A stretch of DNA of 64,000 nucleotides from Verrucomicrobiaceae bacterium (GCA_051252135.1 JBPOGH010000016.1:32001-96000); one strand, 5' to 3'. Counted from the stretch's first letter, positions 30,211 through 40,590 are shown. Numbers and translations: made by a program. The notes: generated from the letters alone by a model not told the origin.

Positions 30211-32871
30211 ATGGCCTCATCTCAACAACTCGTGCGCTTCTTCCGCGACTGCCTCCGCGAAGAACGCTCCCGCTCGGGCATCCCCAATCTCTTCGCCTCC
30301 AGAATCCTCAGCCGACGCTTCATCACCGGCCCCGAAAAAGCCACCGCCCATGAGTTCGCCACCCTCGATCTCATGCCCTCCGTCAAGGACCCCATCGTCA
30401 ATTACGCCCAACTCCGCGGACGCAACTCCCAACTCCTCTACGCCACCCTCCCCATCACCGGACAAATCGACGGCAGGACCATCGCCGCCCCCCTCCTCCT
30501 CTATCCCGTCATCATCGATGACAACGACCTCCGGCTCCAACTCGACGAAGTCCGCATCAACCCCGCCCTCACCTCCCTCTTCCAGCTCTCCCCCTCGGCC
30601 AACAACGATCTCCTCGGCCTCATCCCCGACGGCTCCCTCAACACCGTCTCCCCCACCATCCTCGCCAAGGAACTTCAGCGCTTCCTTCCCGACCTCGACC
30701 TCTCCCCCCTCCACCCGTTCCCCGAACTGCTCGGATCAAAATCCGTCAAGGACGCCTCCCAACGCAAAACACCCTCCATCCTTCCCGCCTCCGCCCTCGT
30801 CCTTGTCGATCGCGCCAACAACGCCGCCGGACTCCTCCAGGAGCTCGATCAACTCTCCCAAATGGACGAGGAAAGCTTCCCTCCCCCACTCCAGGCCCTC
30901 CTTGGAAAAACCTACCCCGAACGCCCCAACTCCGCCCACCGCGGCAATGCCGAATCCATCCCCGCCCTCCTCTCCGCCGCCCAGCTCAATCTCCTCAACG
31001 CCATCAATTCCTTCCCCCTCAGCGTCTGCCAGGGCCCTCCCGGAACCGGAAAAACCTTCTCGCTCGCCGCCTCCGCCACCGAACAAATCCTGCGCGGCCA
31101 ATCCGTCCTCATCGCCTGCCGCTCCGACGAAGCCGCCGATGTCCTCCATCAAAAACTCAAAGCCCTCGTCCCCGATTCCCGCCTCATCGTCCGCGCCGGC
31201 CGCCGCGGCCACCTCAAATCCCTCAAGTCAAAAGTAGAACAACTCCTCTCCACCACTTCCATCCCTCCACAACCGACTTCCGAACCCTCGATCGATCCCC
31301 TGATCAAGGAACTCTACAGGCTCGAATCAGACATCCGCCTCAATATCCGCAACGCCCTCTCAAATGGCGACCTCTTCCACACCCCTCCCGAATCATGGTG
31401 GAAAAAAGCACGGAAATGGCTCCACCTGATCCAACTCAAAAAACAACCCCTCCTCGCCTCCGCCATGGGCCTCTTCTACAAGCTCCATGACTCCCGCCTC
31501 ACCCACGCCCACTCCCTCAACAAATCCCTTCACAAAAAACTCCTCCGCCACGCCCTCAACCACGCCACCACCGTATCCACCCTCCAGGCCTACCGCAAAG
31601 CCCTCCGCCACCGCTTCGCCTCAAAACAAGAAGCCGCCCTCCAGGCCATCGACCCCTCCGCCCTCTTCCGCGTCCTCCCGGTCTGGATCACCACCACCGA
31701 CGACCTCCACCGCATCCTCCCCTTCAAGCCCGGCCTCTTCGATCTCGCCATCATCGATGAAGCCACCCAATGCGACCTCCCCTCCGCCCTCCCCCTCCTC
31801 TACCGCGCCAAACGGGCCCTCGTCGCAGGCGACCCCAAACAACTCCGGCACCTCTCCTTCATCTCCACCGAAAAACACCACTCCCTCGCCAAGGCACACC
31901 AACTCTCCCCCTCCGATCAGGAAACCTTCAACTACCGCGACGTCTCCCTCATCGACCGCGCCCTCGACCAAACCATCGGCACCTCCGCCTGCTCCTTCCT
32001 CAACGAGCACTTCCGCTCCCTCCCCTCCCTCATTCGCTTCAGCAACGACACCTTCTACAACAGCTCCCTCCACCTCATGCGGGACACCGAGACTCTCCTT
32101 CCCCGACCCAACCCCCTCCACATCCACCGCCTCCCGGGCACCCGCGACCACCAAGGAATCAACCTCTCTGAAATCACCGCAGCCGTCCAAATCTGCGCCG
32201 CCGCCTCCGGCAACACCACCCTCGGATTCCTCTCCCCCTTCCGCGCCCAGGTCGACGCCTTCCTCCACACCCTCCAGTCCACCCTCACGCCTGACCTCGT
32301 CTCCACCCTCATCCACACCCACAAGCTCATCGCCGGCACCAGCCACTCCTTCCAGGGCGATGAACGGGATCACATGATCATCTCACTCGCCCTCGATAAC
32401 AACTCACCCGAGGGCGCCCGCCGCTTCGCCGAACGCGAGGACGTCTTCAATGTCGCCATCACCCGCAGCCGCGAGCGCATGGACATCCTCCACTCCTTCG
32501 ATCCCGCACCCCTCCCCACCGACTCGCTCCTCCGGAAATACCTCCACCACCGAATCAACCCCACCACCACCACCCCTCCCCCTAAAAAAACCTCCCTCGG
32601 CGACCTCACCAACACCCTCTCCGCCATCGGCTGGAAACAAATCGCCAAAACCTCCCTCGCCGGAGTCCCCATCGACCTCCTCATCGAGCGCGACGGACAA
32701 CTCATCGCCATCGACCTCATCGCCACCCCCGGCGAAGAAGGAGCCGCCGTCTCACTCTCCAAATCCCTCCTCCTCCAACGCTCCGGCGTCGCCCTTTACC
32801 CGCTCCGCATCGACGAATGGCTCCATCGTAAAAACGAAGTCATCGAATTCTTCAACCACCTCCCCGCCTGA
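30211..32871 (+). CDS. SF1 (DNA2/Upf1-like) helicase with C-terminal restriction-endonuclease-like domain
   Basis: QGPPGTGKT, IIDEATQ, GDPKQL, LNEHFRS, HSFQGDERD and FNVAITRSR; tail PIDLLIE...AIDL...RIDEW. Confidence 0.85.
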   Translation: MASSQQLVRFFRDCLREERSRSGIPNLFASRILSRRFITGPEKATAHEFATLDLMPSVKDPIVNYAQLRGRNSQLLYATLPITGQIDGRTIAAPLLLYPVIIDDNDLRLQLDEVRINPALTSLFQLSPSANNDLLGLIPDGSLNTVSPTILAKELQRFLPDLDLSPLHPFPELLGSKSVKDASQRKTPSILPASALVLVDRANNAAGLLQELDQLSQMDEESFPPPLQALLGKTYPERPNSAHRGNAESIPALLSAAQLNLLNAINSFPLSVCQGPPGTGKTFSLAASATEQILRGQSVLIACRSDEAADVLHQKLKALVPDSRLIVRAGRRGHLKSLKSKVEQLLSTTSIPPQPTSEPSIDPLIKELYRLESDIRLNIRNALSNGDLFHTPPESWWKKARKWLHLIQLKKQPLLASAMGLFYKLHDSRLTHAHSLNKSLHKKLLRHALNHATTVSTLQAYRKALRHRFASKQEAALQAIDPSALFRVLPVWITTTDDLHRILPFKPGLFDLAIIDEATQCDLPSALPLLYRAKRALVAGDPKQLRHLSFISTEKHHSLAKAHQLSPSDQETFNYRDVSLIDRALDQTIGTSACSFLNEHFRSLPSLIRFSNDTFYNSSLHLMRDTETLLPRPNPLHIHRLPGTRDHQGINLSEITAAVQICAAASGNTTLGFLSPFRAQVDAFLHTLQSTLTPDLVSTLIHTHKLIAGTSHSFQGDERDHMIISLALDNNSPEGARRFAEREDVFNVAITRSRERMDILHSFDPAPLPTDSLLRKYLHHRINPTTTTPPPKKTSLGDLTNTLSAIGWKQIAKTSLAGVPIDLLIERDGQLIAIDLIATPGEEGAAVSLSKSLLLQRSGVALYPLRIDEWLHRKNEVIEFFNHLPA

Positions 32872-32922
32872 TCAGCGGTCCCTTGGCCACCTTCGCTCCA
32901 TTCAGGTTGCTTCAGACCGTCT

Positions 32923-34851
32923 CTAAGGCTGAATCTCCACATAATCCCCCACCTGCGTCAGCGAAAAGAGCTTCTTCGCTCCCGAATAAGGCATCCGGAT
33001 ACAACCGTGCGACGCCGGATAACCCGGCACATGCCCCACATGGAACCCAAAGTCGCTCGCACTCAAACGCTGAAAATACGGCATCGACGAACCGTAAATC
33101 GTCGAGTTCCAGTGACGATACTTGTTCGTCACCACAAACTTCCCCGTCCGCGTCCGGTACCCCCTCTTCCCCGTCGAAATACGCGAACTGTAAATCTGCT
33201 CCTCGCCATCGAAAACATACGCCCGCTGCTGCGAAAGATCGACCCGCACCCAGATCCCCTCCTTGCCCGGCTTCCGACCCAGAATCGTCTGCATCATCGG
33301 CACATCGCTCCGTCGCGTCGCAAAGGTCAACGGCCACATCCGGTTGTAACGCACCTTCGTCGAGGTCTTCGTCGACGCCCCATGCAGGATCAACTGCTGC
33401 GCCACCGACACATTCCCCGTATCCGCCGCCAACATCACCGGTGTCAGCCCGCTCGAGTTCTGCAAGGCCCACTTCCCGATCCCCTTCGTCTCGACCAAAT
33501 CCAAAAAGAGCTTCTTCGGTCCCCGCCCAAACGGCTTGTTCGCATCCGCACCCATATCCAAAAGCAATCCCGCCATCCGCGCATCCCCCCGTGCCACCGC
33601 CACATGCAGCGGCGTCTGCCCGCTCAAACCCACCGCATCCACCGATGCTCCCGCATCCAGCAATAACTTCGCAATCTCCCACTCCCCCGTCCGCACCGCC
33701 AAATTCAACGGCGCATCCTGCTTCCCTCCCATACTCCCCGTCGGCGCCGCCCCCGCATCCAGAAGCAACTCCACCGCATATCGCCCGTCCCGACCACCCC
33801 GCTCCACCGCACGATAAAGCTCATCCTCAATCGGCACCCCGTAACGCAACAGCAGTCGCGCCATCGAGAACAACCGGTTCTCAAACGCCAACTGCAGCGG
33901 TGAAACAGCTGCCCGCTCATGCCCCGACTCCAAATCACCCCGCGCTCCCGATTCCAGCAGCCGGTTCAACAAATCGTAATCACGCGAAAGAATCGCCAAA
34001 TGCACCGGCCGCCACCCGCGCGCATCCGGATCGTCCAGCGACACCCCATACTCCTCCAGAGACGCAAGCACCTCCAGCCGACTGCTCGAGATCGCCGCGT
34101 GCAACAAAGTCTCATCCCTCTCATTCCGCTCATTCGGATCCACCCCTTGGGAAAGAAGATAACGCAGCACCTCATCCCGCTCATTCTCAAATGCCGTGTG
34201 CAGCAACCTCCGCCCCAACCCCTTTTCCTCACCCAAACGCACCCCCCGCTTCACCAGCTGCTTCAAGACCGAAAGATACCCGTTCTCCACCGCCAACTCC
34301 ACCATCGTCTCCCCCATCGGCCCCTCTGATCTTGGACTCGTCCCATTCTCCAGCAAAAGCTGCACCGCTCCCAACTTCCCCTCCCGCAACGCCTGCACCA
34401 CCAGCATCCCCCCCGTATCCACCGCCACCGATGGATTCGCCCCGGCTTCCAGTAACGCCACCACCGACGACAAATCATTTCCCTCCACCGCATACGCCAA
34501 CGGAGTCCTCCCCGTACTATCCTCCGCTCCCACATCCGCCCCTTTCCGAATCAGCAACGAAACAATCTCACCCTCACCTCGCACCGATGCAATCATCAAC
34601 GAAGTCCGCTCAAGTGCGTCCCGGTGATCCACCGGCACATCCAGATCAAGAAGCGCCTTCGCCAACTCACCATCCCCGGCCTCAATCGCCTCGATCAACG
34701 CCTCACCCGTCGCCACCACTTCCCGATCCGCCGCCACATCCAGCGCCGCCTGCCGCTTGCCATCACAACTCGTCAATACCGGCACCAGCATCAAAAAGAG
34801 CCCGCCCATGATACGAATCATCAGATGGTGAAATGTGTCCCTTTGCATCAT
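32923..34851 (-). CDS. Ankyrin-repeat lipoprotein with C-terminal YkuD L,D-transpeptidase domain
   Basis: LTSC lipobox; many G.TPL..A repeats; VDLSQQR, ISTGK and HVGHVPGYPASHGCIRM. Confidence 0.88.
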   Translation of the reverse strand: MMQRDTFHHLMIRIMGGLFLMLVPVLTSCDGKRQAALDVAADREVVATGEALIEAIEAGDGELAKALLDLDVPVDHRDALERTSLMIASVRGEGEIVSLLIRKGADVGAEDSTGRTPLAYAVEGNDLSSVVALLEAGANPSVAVDTGGMLVVQALREGKLGAVQLLLENGTSPRSEGPMGETMVELAVENGYLSVLKQLVKRGVRLGEEKGLGRRLLHTAFENERDEVLRYLLSQGVDPNERNERDETLLHAAISSSRLEVLASLEEYGVSLDDPDARGWRPVHLAILSRDYDLLNRLLESGARGDLESGHERAAVSPLQLAFENRLFSMARLLLRYGVPIEDELYRAVERGGRDGRYAVELLLDAGAAPTGSMGGKQDAPLNLAVRTGEWEIAKLLLDAGASVDAVGLSGQTPLHVAVARGDARMAGLLLDMGADANKPFGRGPKKLFLDLVETKGIGKWALQNSSGLTPVMLAADTGNVSVAQQLILHGASTKTSTKVRYNRMWPLTFATRRSDVPMMQTILGRKPGKEGIWVRVDLSQQRAYVFDGEEQIYSSRISTGKRGYRTRTGKFVVTNKYRHWNSTIYGSSMPYFQRLSASDFGFHVGHVPGYPASHGCIRMPYSGAKKLFSLTQVGDYVEIQP

Positions 34852-35108
34852 CCTTCAATCACAAGATTGCCGCGGAGAATACCTCAATTCTTTAAAAGGA
34901 CGATCAAAGTTTACTCTAAAAATATCAGGATGAATCACTCATCATGATATCTTAAATATCTTCCCGGCAGCACGGGACTTGCCCCGCCCCCCCTCCCGCA
35001 CTCCGTTAACTTTTTGTTTGATAGACCTTTCCCCATCACCCAACCTGTCCAACAAGTTGCGGTTGAATACTTTATTCGCGGCATGCAACCCAACCAACAG
35101 ACCACTCC

Positions 35109-35822
35109 ATGAACATCATTAAATCAATCAGCGCTCTTGCGGCCCTCACCGGCACCGCTTCCGCCATGAGCCTCGCCATCGACTTCCAACCCACCGGCGG
35201 AACCCTCGCCGCAGGGTACGACGACGTCTTCGAATTCACCAACCAGGACGCGGCAGTCAGCGCCAGCAACAGCTACTCGGCTTTCGGAGGCACCGTTTTC
35301 CTTTCCGCCACCGGTTCCAATCTTCGTGGCAACACAGATTGGCGTGCCGTCACTCGCAACGGAGGAGACTCCGCAACGGACGCTGCCAACGATTGGCTCG
35401 GTGTCGACGGCCGGGGCCTCCTCGGAGCTTCCTTCGACCTCACCATGACCATGCCCGCTGGAATCTATAACGTTTCCGCTCTCCTCCATGACGGCGGCGC
35501 AGCTTCCACCAACGGAAACATCTGGGGACCCGCCACCTTCTCCCTCACCGATGCCAACGGCACCATCGTAGGCCCCACCGCAATCAGTGACCAACAAGGC
35601 AACTCCCCCTTCGGCGCTTCCCGCTCCACCCTCGATGGAACCATCGTCAGTGATGGAGTCAACCCCATGAGCTTCAGCCTCTCCACCACCGGAGTCGGCA
35701 CCGCCAACGGAGCCATCTTCGTCTTCGTCAGCGGCATGACCATCACTTCGGTCCCCGAGCCCTCATCGGCAATCCTCAGCGTCCTCGCTGTCGCCGGTTT
35801 CGGCCTCCGCCGTCGCCGCTAG
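35109..35822 (+). CDS. PEP-CTERM sorting-domain protein
   Basis: Signal peptide; VPEPSSAILSVLAVAGFGLRRRR. Confidence 0.9.
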   Translation: MNIIKSISALAALTGTASAMSLAIDFQPTGGTLAAGYDDVFEFTNQDAAVSASNSYSAFGGTVFLSATGSNLRGNTDWRAVTRNGGDSATDAANDWLGVDGRGLLGASFDLTMTMPAGIYNVSALLHDGGAASTNGNIWGPATFSLTDANGTIVGPTAISDQQGNSPFGASRSTLDGTIVSDGVNPMSFSLSTTGVGTANGAIFVFVSGMTITSVPEPSSAILSVLAVAGFGLRRRR

Positions 35823-35844
35823 TCTCACCGATTCCATTTTTCAC

Positions 35845-35879
35845 AAAGCCTGCTCTCCTCACCGAAGGCAGGCTTTTTT
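35845..35879 (+). terminator. Rho-independent terminator between convergent genes
   Basis: aaagcctgc...gcaggctttttt. Confidence 0.75.
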
Positions 35880-35881
35880 CG

Positions 35882-37153
35882 TCACTTCGACCCAAAACAA
35901 TCCAAGCGCGAACCAATCCGCACATAAAGGTTCCCGTGACCCACCGCCGGAGTCGCATCCACCCACTCGCACTCCGGCCCCACCTCCAGCGACGTGCGCG
36001 AGATTTCCCGGTAATGATCCCCCACCGCGGCCACCACCATCTGCCCCTCACGGGAAAGACAGTAAAGATTTCCACCCGCCAGAATCGGCGAAGCATAAAA
36101 ATTCCCCTTCAGGTTTTGCTTCCACTTCTCCTCCCCGCCCAACGCATCCAGCGCCACCAACGCCCCCCCGTCGGAAAGCGCATACACCGTGCTCCCGTCG
36201 GAGACCGGAGTCGGCACATAAGGCGTCTTCCCCTTCATCTTCCACACCACCTCCGGCTCCGTCATCCTGCCATTCGCCAGCACCGGTGGACGAACCGTGA
36301 AATAAACCCCGTTCTTACACCCCGTCGCAATCAGGCTATCCCCGCTCCCGGACCCCGCCAGCACATCAATCGGTGACACAATCGTCCGCTCCTTCATCGT
36401 CCCCGGCACCGCCCACTGCTCCTTCCCGTCCGCCAAATCAAGCCCCACCACCCCGATGCTCTGCGCCGCCACAATCACCTCATAACCCTCACCCGACGCC
36501 CGCCTCACCTTCCTGATCAAGGGCGCCACATAGCTCGTCTTCCCCCCCGGAAACGCCGTCTTCCACTGCACCTTCCCGTCCTTCGTCGAGATCGCCGCCA
36601 CGTACCCCTCGTTCATATGCAAGTGCGCAATCACCACCCGCTCGCCATGAATCACCGGATGAAGACTCACCCCGTGCTGCGTCTTCTGGGGCCCCACCTC
36701 ATAACTCCAGACACTCTTCCCCGTATGGTCATAGGCCGAGAGCATCACCCGCTCCTTCGCCCCGTCATACCAACTCACCACCACCAAATCCTCACTCACC
36801 GCCGGACTCGCCGCCGCCGTGTTGTTGAACTGATGCAAATGATACTCCCCCACCTGAAAATCCTTCGTCCACTCACTCTCACCACTCAACGCATTCACAC
36901 ACACCAAACTCAACACCCCCTTCTCACGATCCTCCCCCGTCACAAACAACTTCTCCCCCCAAATCACCGGAGAACTCGAGCCATTCCCCGGCAACGCCGC
37001 CGACCACTTCAGCGCCGCCCCATCCAGCGTCGTCGCCACCTTCGCCTCCGAGACCCCGCGCCCATCCTCCCCGCGAAACCGCGGCCACTTCTCAACCCCG
37101 TTCACCGACCCCATAAGCACCACCGACCCAAGCAGGAATAACGCTGATTTCAT
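35882..37153 (-). CDS. PQQ-like/BamB beta-propeller protein
   Basis: WPRFRGEDGRG, GSSSPVIWG, PYVPTP, FYASP and ATPAV. Confidence 0.88.
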   Translation of the reverse strand: MKSALFLLGSVVLMGSVNGVEKWPRFRGEDGRGVSEAKVATTLDGAALKWSAALPGNGSSSPVIWGEKLFVTGEDREKGVLSLVCVNALSGESEWTKDFQVGEYHLHQFNNTAAASPAVSEDLVVVSWYDGAKERVMLSAYDHTGKSVWSYEVGPQKTQHGVSLHPVIHGERVVIAHLHMNEGYVAAISTKDGKVQWKTAFPGGKTSYVAPLIRKVRRASGEGYEVIVAAQSIGVVGLDLADGKEQWAVPGTMKERTIVSPIDVLAGSGSGDSLIATGCKNGVYFTVRPPVLANGRMTEPEVVWKMKGKTPYVPTPVSDGSTVYALSDGGALVALDALGGEEKWKQNLKGNFYASPILAGGNLYCLSREGQMVVAAVGDHYREISRTSLEVGPECEWVDATPAVGHGNLYVRIGSRLDCFGSK

Positions 37154-37261
37154 CCCCGCTCTCTAGCAGGAAACCCCTCCCCCAGGCATCAAAAAATCGC
37201 CCCCGCAAAAGATCACCAATTTCCCCCTTGAAAGCTCATTGAATCCTAACAGAGTCCCCAA

Positions 37262-37621
37262 ATGTCCGAACTCTCTCAAGCCGTCAGCATCAATCCCTAC
37301 TTCAAGGTCCACGAAGGAAAACTCAATGCCTTCAAGGAACTCATGACCCGTTTCGTCGCTCGCACCGCCAACGAAAAAACCTGCTACTACTACGATTTCA
37401 CCGTCTGCGGAAACATCGTCTTCTGCCGCGAAGCCTACGCCGGAGCCGAAGGCCTCCTCGCCCACCTCGAAAACGTCGGCGCCTGCATCGAAGAAGCCCT
37501 CACCCTCTCCGAGCTCATCCGCGTCGAAGTCCACGGCCCCTCCGAAGAGATCGCCAAACTCCGCGAACCCCTCGCCGATCTCGGCCCCGATTTCTTCGAG
37601 CACGCCGCCGGCATTGCGTGA
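37262..37621 (+). CDS. Dimeric alpha-beta barrel (ABM/putative quinol monooxygenase-like) protein
   Basis: TANEKTCYYY, CREAY...LLAHL and EVHGP. Confidence 0.65.
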   Translation: MSELSQAVSINPYFKVHEGKLNAFKELMTRFVARTANEKTCYYYDFTVCGNIVFCREAYAGAEGLLAHLENVGACIEEALTLSELIRVEVHGPSEEIAKLREPLADLGPDFFEHAAGIA

Positions 37622-37648
37622 TCTCCAATTCAGCCTTAAGCTTCCATC

Positions 37649-37924
37649 ATGCCCACGAAGAAGGACATCCAGGACCTCTACTTCATGGACGCCCGTTTCA
37701 AGCTCCTTGAAATTGCGTCCTTTCTTGATCGCGTAGACCGCCATGAGGGCGACGCCGACTTCCGCCACCCCGCCTTCGCCAAGGCTCTCGAAGCGATGCA
37801 AAACCCACCCGCCGGCACCACCCGTGCCCAGGCCGTCCACCTCGCATTCTCAGACCACTCAACCGAACCCGCGGAAGCCGCCGGCATCCAATTCGCCTAC
37901 GGAGCCCATCAAGAGGAAGCTTGA
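37649..37924 (+). CDS. Small hypothetical protein preceding TatD/EboE genes
   Basis: YFMDARFKLLEIASFLDRVDR; host-like codons. Confidence 0.7.
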   Translation: MPTKKDIQDLYFMDARFKLLEIASFLDRVDRHEGDADFRHPAFAKALEAMQNPPAGTTRAQAVHLAFSDHSTEPAEAAGIQFAYGAHQEEA

Positions 37925-37955
37925 AAAGAATCCTTTTTTGTCTAAATTGGATTCC

Positions 37956-38216
37956 ATGAAAACCACGATTGATATTCCCGATGACATTCTGGAGGAATCC
38001 ATGAAGTTTACGGGAGCCAAAACCAAGCGGGACGCCGTCGTCTCCGCCATGGAAACCTACAATCGCCGCGCCCGAGCCGAAGCCTTCCTCAAACGCATCC
38101 AGGACGGCCCTCCCCTCGACTTCCCCTCGAATGACGAGATCGAAGCCGCCGATGTCGCCGAAGCAGACCGCGCCTTCAAAAACTTCCACTCAAACCCGGA
38201 AACGACGGAAAAATGA
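37956..38216 (+). CDS. vapB: VapB-type antitoxin (RHH)
   Basis: MKTTIDIPDDIL...TKRDAV; ATGA overlap with the PIN gene; gaatcc...ggattc inverted repeat upstream. Confidence 0.85.
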   Translation: MKTTIDIPDDILEESMKFTGAKTKRDAVVSAMETYNRRARAEAFLKRIQDGPPLDFPSNDEIEAADVAEADRAFKNFHSNPETTEK

Positions 38217-38587
38217 CCCTCGTCGACTCCTCAATATGCGTCGGCTACCTTCGCAAAATCCTCTCGCCGGAAGCCAACACCAGATTTTCCACCCTCATCC
38301 TCGATGGCCACATCGCCATCAATCCCGTCATCTGGGCGGAACTCTACAGCGGCGTCCGCGGAAAAAGAGAAGACCACGAATTCAACGACCTCGTCTCCCT
38401 CTGCCATCCCCTCAAATTCGATGACGAATGCTGGCAAAAAACGGCCGAAATCAGCCGCCGCTGCATCCGTGCCGGCATCAACGTCCCCTTCTCCGATATC
38501 CAGATTCAAGCTTGCGCTGACCGCTACCGCATCGAGCTTTTTCACAACGATAAACACTTCGACCTCATCCAATCCCACGCCTCGTAG
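38213..38587 (+). CDS. vapC: VapC PIN-domain toxin
   Basis: LVDSS, WAELYSG, FSDIQI and HNDKHFD. Confidence 0.88.
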   Translation: MTLVDSSICVGYLRKILSPEANTRFSTLILDGHIAINPVIWAELYSGVRGKREDHEFNDLVSLCHPLKFDDECWQKTAEISRRCIRAGINVPFSDIQIQACADRYRIELFHNDKHFDLIQSHAS

Positions 38588-38590
38588 CAC

Positions 38591-39388
38591 ATGAAATACA
38601 TCGAGCCCCACGCCCACATGGTCAGCCGCACCACCGCGGACTACCAGACCATCGCCCAAGTCGGCTGCGAAGCCCTCTGCGAACCCGCCTTCTGGGCCGG
38701 CTTCGATCGCGCCTCCCCCCAAGGCTTCTTCGACTACTACCGCCAACTCACCGAGTACGAGCCCGCCCGCGCCGCCAAGTTCGGCATCAAGCACTTCTGC
38801 TGGCTCTGCATCAACCCCAAGGAAGCCGAAGACCCCGTCTTCGCCCGTGAGGTCATGGCCCTCATCCCCGACTTCATCGACAAGCCAAACGTCCTCGGCA
38901 TCGGCGAAATCGGCCTCAACAAAAACACCAAAAACGAACTCCAGATCTTCGAGGAACACCTCGAAATCGCCAAAAAGTTCGACCAGGCCATCCTCATCCA
39001 CACCCCCCACCTCGAGGACAAACTCAAAGGCACCCGCCTCATCCTCGACGCCCTCAATAACGCGAACGTCGACCGCGACCGCGTCATCATCGACCACGTC
39101 GAAGAACACACCGCCCCCCTCGTCCTCGACGCCGGATACTGGGCCGGCATGACCCTCTACCCGGAATCAAAATGCTCCCCCGCCCGCGCCATCGACATCC
39201 TCGAGACCTTCGGCATGGAACGCATCTGGATGAACTCCGCCTGCGACTGGGGCATCTCCGACCCCCTCGCCGTCATCAAGACCGCCCTTGAGATGAAAAA
39301 ACGCCACCACTCCCCTGAGATCGTCGAAAAAGTCATCTTCGACAACCCCAAGGCCTTCCTCTCCCAGTGCCCCAACTTCTCGCTTTAG
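38591..39388 (+). CDS. TatD-family hydrolase (EboB-like)
   Basis: EPHAH, INPKEA, GIGEIGL, IHTPH, IDHVEE and NSACDWG. Confidence 0.85.
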   Translation: MKYIEPHAHMVSRTTADYQTIAQVGCEALCEPAFWAGFDRASPQGFFDYYRQLTEYEPARAAKFGIKHFCWLCINPKEAEDPVFAREVMALIPDFIDKPNVLGIGEIGLNKNTKNELQIFEEHLEIAKKFDQAILIHTPHLEDKLKGTRLILDALNNANVDRDRVIIDHVEEHTAPLVLDAGYWAGMTLYPESKCSPARAIDILETFGMERIWMNSACDWGISDPLAVIKTALEMKKRHHSPEIVEKVIFDNPKAFLSQCPNFSL

Positions 39389-39426
39389 TCCCTTGCGGCC
39401 CTCGCCCCTGACGCTAAAACCCCTGC

Positions 39427-40590
39427 GTGAAGCTCAACGCCCACCAGCACCTCGCCTACTGCACCAACATCCACCCGGCCGAAACCTGGGAGGAAACACT
39501 CCACGTCCTCAAAACGGACGTCCTCGCCGTCCGCGACCGCGTCTCTCCCAATGCCCCCTACGCCATCGGCCTCCGCCTCTCCGCCCAAGCCGCCCAAGAG
39601 CTCATCGGAGACAACGGCACCAACCTCCGCCTCTTCAAAGCCTGGCTCCTCGAGCAAAACTGCTACGTCTTCACCATCAACGGATTCCCCTACGGATCCT
39701 TCCATGGCACCCGCGTAAAAGAAAAAGTCTACCAGCCCGACTGGACCTCGGAAGACCGCCTCACCTACACCAACAACCTCTTCGTCATCATCTCCGAGCT
39801 CTGCACCGAAGAATCCGGCGGCTCCGTCTCCACCCTCCCCGGCTCCTTTAAAGAGTTCGCCGCCGACGAAAACCTCATCTTCGCAAACCTCTACGCCTGC
39901 GCCCGGCTCATCGAAACCCTCTCCCTCGAGTCCGGCAAAGACCTCCACCTCGGCCTCGAACCCGAACCCCTCGGACACTTCGAAAACACCGCCGAAACCC
40001 TCGCCTTCTTCGAGCGCTTCTTCGCCTGGTGCGCCGACCGCGACCTCCCCACCGAGCGACTCAAAAAACACATCGGCATCAACTACGACACCTGTCACTT
40101 CGCCCTCGAGTTCGACGACTGCCACCAGTCCCTCAACGCCCTCACCGAAGCCGGCCTCCGCATCTCAAAAATCCACCTCTCCAACGCCCTCTCCTTCGAC
40201 CCCCAAAACCCCGAAGCCCTCCAGGCCATCCGCCAATTCGACGAACCCACCTACCTCCACCAGGTCATCCTCAACGACGGAGAAAATCTCACCCGCCACA
40301 AAGACCTCCCCGACTTCTTCTCCTCACTGCCAACCGCCAACTGCCAACTGCCAACTCCGTGCGAAGCACGGTGCCATTTCCACATCCCCCTCTACTCCGA
40401 GCCCCTCGCCCCCCTCGGATCCACCCTCGACCACGCCGAGGCCGCTCTTGCATTTCTCAAAGAGCACCCCGAAACCTGCCCCCACCTCGAGATCGAGACC
40501 TACACCTGGGGCGTCCTCCCCGATCAACTCCAGCGCCCGCTCACCGACCAAATCAGCGCTGAGTATGAGTGGGTTCTATCCAATCGATAG
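39427..40590 (+). CDS. eboE: Metabolite traffic protein EboE (TIM barrel)
   Basis: LAYCTNIHP, TINGFPYGSFH..VKEKVYQPDW, LEPEP, FDEPTYLHQ, HFHIPL and HLEIETYTW. Confidence 0.88.
   Translation: MKLNAHQHLAYCTNIHPAETWEETLHVLKTDVLAVRDRVSPNAPYAIGLRLSAQAAQELIGDNGTNLRLFKAWLLEQNCYVFTINGFPYGSFHGTRVKEKVYQPDWTSEDRLTYTNNLFVIISELCTEESGGSVSTLPGSFKEFAADENLIFANLYACARLIETLSLESGKDLHLGLEPEPLGHFENTAETLAFFERFFAWCADRDLPTERLKKHIGINYDTCHFALEFDDCHQSLNALTEAGLRISKIHLSNALSFDPQNPEALQAIRQFDEPTYLHQVILNDGENLTRHKDLPDFFSSLPTANCQLPTPCEARCHFHIPLYSEPLAPLGSTLDHAEAALAFLKEHPETCPHLEIETYTWGVLPDQLQRPLTDQISAEYEWVLSNR

Noticed and set aside
34930..34983. ATGAATCACTCATCAT and CAGCACGGGACTTGC as a fifth regulon site
   Set aside because: Half-site spacing is 5 or 8 rather than 7, and the -24 GG is AG.
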